Below, one piece after another: positions 15,345 through 17,092 of a DNA stretch of 17,092 nt. Position 1 is the stretch's first letter; every line of letters starts with the position of its first letter. The stretch is from a bacterium. GTDB lineage: Bacteria; Acidobacteriota; Thermoanaerobaculia; Multivoradales; JAHEKO01. The position numbers and the translations under genes were made by a program. The DNA is taken from NCBI GenBank assembly GCA_024224155.1, contig JAAENP010000289.1:1-17092 (forward strand). Reading direction: 5' to 3'. The notes under the pieces were generated by a model. It had not been told where the DNA came from. It made no database searches and saw nothing but the letters and a program-made list of their open reading frames with translations.

Positions 15345-16958
15345 ATGATCCAAAAGACTAGACGAGCAACGTTCTTCAGCGGCGTCGGCCTCGCGAGCCT
15401 GGTGGTCGCCACCATGTTGAGCGGGTTCATGCCCGGGAATGTCGGCGCTCCCGAGAGCTTCATCGTGCAAGCGAACGATGTCGAAACAGCGGCCGCAGCC
15501 GTCCTCGGCGTGGGGGCCGAGATCGACCGCGAGCTCGGCATCATCGACGCCGTTACCTCCCGCCTGACCGCAGAGCAGGCAGCCGAGCTGCAGGCGGCAA
15601 CCCCGCCGATCCGGATACATGCCAACGGCGGAGTCCGGATCTCTGGAGATGGGGACGGAAACTCGATGGTGACCGACTACCCCACCCTCGTGCGGGCCGA
15701 CCTGCTGCACGCCGAGGGGCTGACAGGCTTCGGCACGACGATCGCGATCGTCGACACCGGGTCCTGGCTGGGCAAAGGGATCAAAAAGAACGCGCAGGGC
15801 CAGCACCGGCTCCTCGCCCGTTTCGACGCTTTTCTGGACCGAGTCGAGACCCCAGCCGAGGAGCATGAGGATCTCAGCGGTCACGGATCGCACGTCACCG
15901 GCGTGGCGCTGAGCAGCCGGCAGGCCGACGGCAAGTTCAATGGCATCGCGCCTGACGCCGACTTGGTCGTCGTCGAGGCGTTCGATGCCGCGGGCGGCTC
16001 TACCTACGCGGACGTGATCAACGGCCTCGACTGGGTGGTCGCCAACAGAAACGCCTACGGCATCGGAGTGCTGAACCTGTCGTTCAGCGCGGCGCCGCGC
16101 TCTCACTACTGGGAGGACCCCCTGAATCAAGCGGTGATGGCCGCCTGGCAGGCCGGAATCGTCGTCGTGGCCTCGGCCGGCAACACCGGCCCGGACGCGA
16201 TGACCATCGGCTCGCCGGGAAGCGTGCCCTACATCATCACCGTCGGGGCGATGACGGACAGCTATACCCCCGCCGATACCAGCGACGACCGGCTGACCTC
16301 TTTCTCCGCCGCGGGGCCGACCTACGATGCGTTTGTCAAGCCGGATCTGGTGGCGCCCGGCGGTCATATGATGAGCACGATCTGGCAGCACACCGAGCTC
16401 GCCGGCGACCACCCCGAGTACGTCGACGGCAAGTACTTCGAGATGTCGGGCACCTCACAGGCTGCAGCCGCGGTCAGTGGAATAGCCGCCTTGCTCCTGC
16501 AGGCGGAACCCGGCTTGACGCCGGACCAGGTGAAATGCCGGCTCTTGGCCTCCGCACGGCCCGCGGTCGATGATCTGGGTGCGCTCGCCTACAGCGTCTT
16601 TCAACAAGGTACCGGGCTCGTGGATGCCTACGACACTATCTACGGCTCCGCCAACGACTGCGCCAACGTCGGACTCGACGTCGATGCGGACCTCGACGGC
16701 ACCGGGCACTTCATCGGCCGCGCTCAGCGTGCCGCGGACGGCAGCTTCTACATCGAGGGCCTGGCCGGCTACGTCTGGAACGACGGCTATGTCTGGAACG
16801 ATGGCTATGTCTGGAACGATGGTTACGTCTGGAACGATGGTTACGTCTGGAACGATGGTTACGTCTGGAACGATGGTTACGTCTGGAATGATGGCTACGT
16901 CTGGAATGACGGACTGACGGAGCCGGCGACGATCAACGTCTGGGTCGAACAGGAGTAG
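15345..16958 (+). CDS. Subtilisin-like serine peptidase (MEROPS S8) with a signal peptide, an I9 inhibitor propeptide and a C-terminal 8x GYVWND tandem repeat
   Basis: AGGAGG SD 8 nt upstream of the ATG (MIQKTRR...). The Asp-His-Ser catalytic triad is present (IAIVDTGS, HGSHVTG, GTSQAAA). The I9-like propeptide is ESFIVQANDV...IRIHANG. The track start at 15339 is a TTG two codons upstream. Confidence 0.9.
   Translation: MIQKTRRATFFSGVGLASLVVATMLSGFMPGNVGAPESFIVQANDVETAAAAVLGVGAEIDRELGIIDAVTSRLTAEQAAELQAATPPIRIHANGGVRISGDGDGNSMVTDYPTLVRADLLHAEGLTGFGTTIAIVDTGSWLGKGIKKNAQGQHRLLARFDAFLDRVETPAEEHEDLSGHGSHVTGVALSSRQADGKFNGIAPDADLVVVEAFDAAGGSTYADVINGLDWVVANRNAYGIGVLNLSFSAAPRSHYWEDPLNQAVMAAWQAGIVVVASAGNTGPDAMTIGSPGSVPYIITVGAMTDSYTPADTSDDRLTSFSAAGPTYDAFVKPDLVAPGGHMMSTIWQHTELAGDHPEYVDGKYFEMSGTSQAAAAVSGIAALLLQAEPGLTPDQVKCRLLASARPAVDDLGALAYSVFQQGTGLVDAYDTIYGSANDCANVGLDVDADLDGTGHFIGRAQRAADGSFYIEGLAGYVWNDGYVWNDGYVWNDGYVWNDGYVWNDGYVWNDGYVWNDGYVWNDGLTEPATINVWVEQE
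16767..16910 (+). repeat. Eight tandem 18-bp repeats (GGYTAYGTCTGGAAYGAY), in frame, encoding (GYVWND)x8
   Basis: Read directly. Copies differ only at third-codon positions (C/T), so the peptide repeat is perfectly conserved. Copies 4-6 are identical and copies 2-3 are identical. Confidence 0.9.
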
Positions 16959-17092
16959 GCGCCTGGAAGAGCTCGAGAAACTTCGGCCAAACGTCGGGAT
17001 CACCCGGCTCCGGTGCCTGACAGCGGCGCTCGCGATACTCGTCACGGGCGCCGCGGCGGTGCGTAGTGAGCCCGGGACCGTCCGCTTTCGCC

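Noticed and set aside
15318-16412. 364-aa minus-strand ORF
   Set aside because: Antisense to the unambiguous S8 subtilase gene.
16767-16910. Considered whether the 18-bp tandem repeats could be a CRISPR-like or minisatellite non-coding array
   Set aside because: The units are contiguous with no spacers. They are in frame within a coding sequence and differ only at synonymous sites.
16455-17045. 196-aa minus-strand ORF with VIPDVT(I/V) repeats
   Set aside because: It is simply the reverse-complement reading of the GYVWND repeat array. The + strand reading continues an S8 catalytic domain with a proper RBS and signal peptide.

Overview
The window is about 17.1 kb of high-GC (roughly 65-70%) bacterial chromosomal DNA, densely coding on both strands. 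There are no rRNA, tRNA, CRISPR, IS or integrase signatures. Strong AGGAGG-type ribosome-binding sites argue against Bacteroidetes. I support 15 protein-coding genes. From the left: a crotonase-family enoyl-CoA hydratase; a convergent 61-aa acidic helical protein; a YkoF/MTH1187-family small protein; then a four-gene, translationally coupled operon (a YtrA-like GntR regulator, an SPFH/band-7 protein, an HXXEE-like membrane protein, and a PQQ-type beta-propeller membrane protein). This operon is preceded by a near-consensus sigma70-type promoter overlapped by a perfect 6-bp inverted repeat, a likely autoregulatory operator. Next come an orphan secreted 159-aa protein and a minus-strand cluster: a standalone PAS protein, a beta-lactamase-fold serine hydrolase with a C-terminal CARDB-like domain, and an arylsulfotransferase-family lipoprotein. 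The right half holds a secretome module. It contains a 611-aa FG-GAP propeller protein with a PPC (pre-peptidase C-terminal) domain, then a roughly 1090-aa FG-GAP protein with a CSLREA motif and a right-handed beta-helix, then an S8 subtilase with an I9 propeptide. Two things stand out there. First, the two large secreted proteins end in a homologous cysteine-containing tail of about 65 aa (invariant AC, LRAG, LVTL and GFS motifs) that I cannot assign to any described C-terminal sorting domain. Second, the subtilase carries eight tandem GYVWND hexapeptides encoded by 18-bp repeats that differ only at synonymous positions. Together these suggest an uncharacterised C-terminal secretion/sorting tag with a neighbouring processing protease, but that is inference. 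The many long ORFs on opposite strands and alternative frames are GC-driven artefacts.
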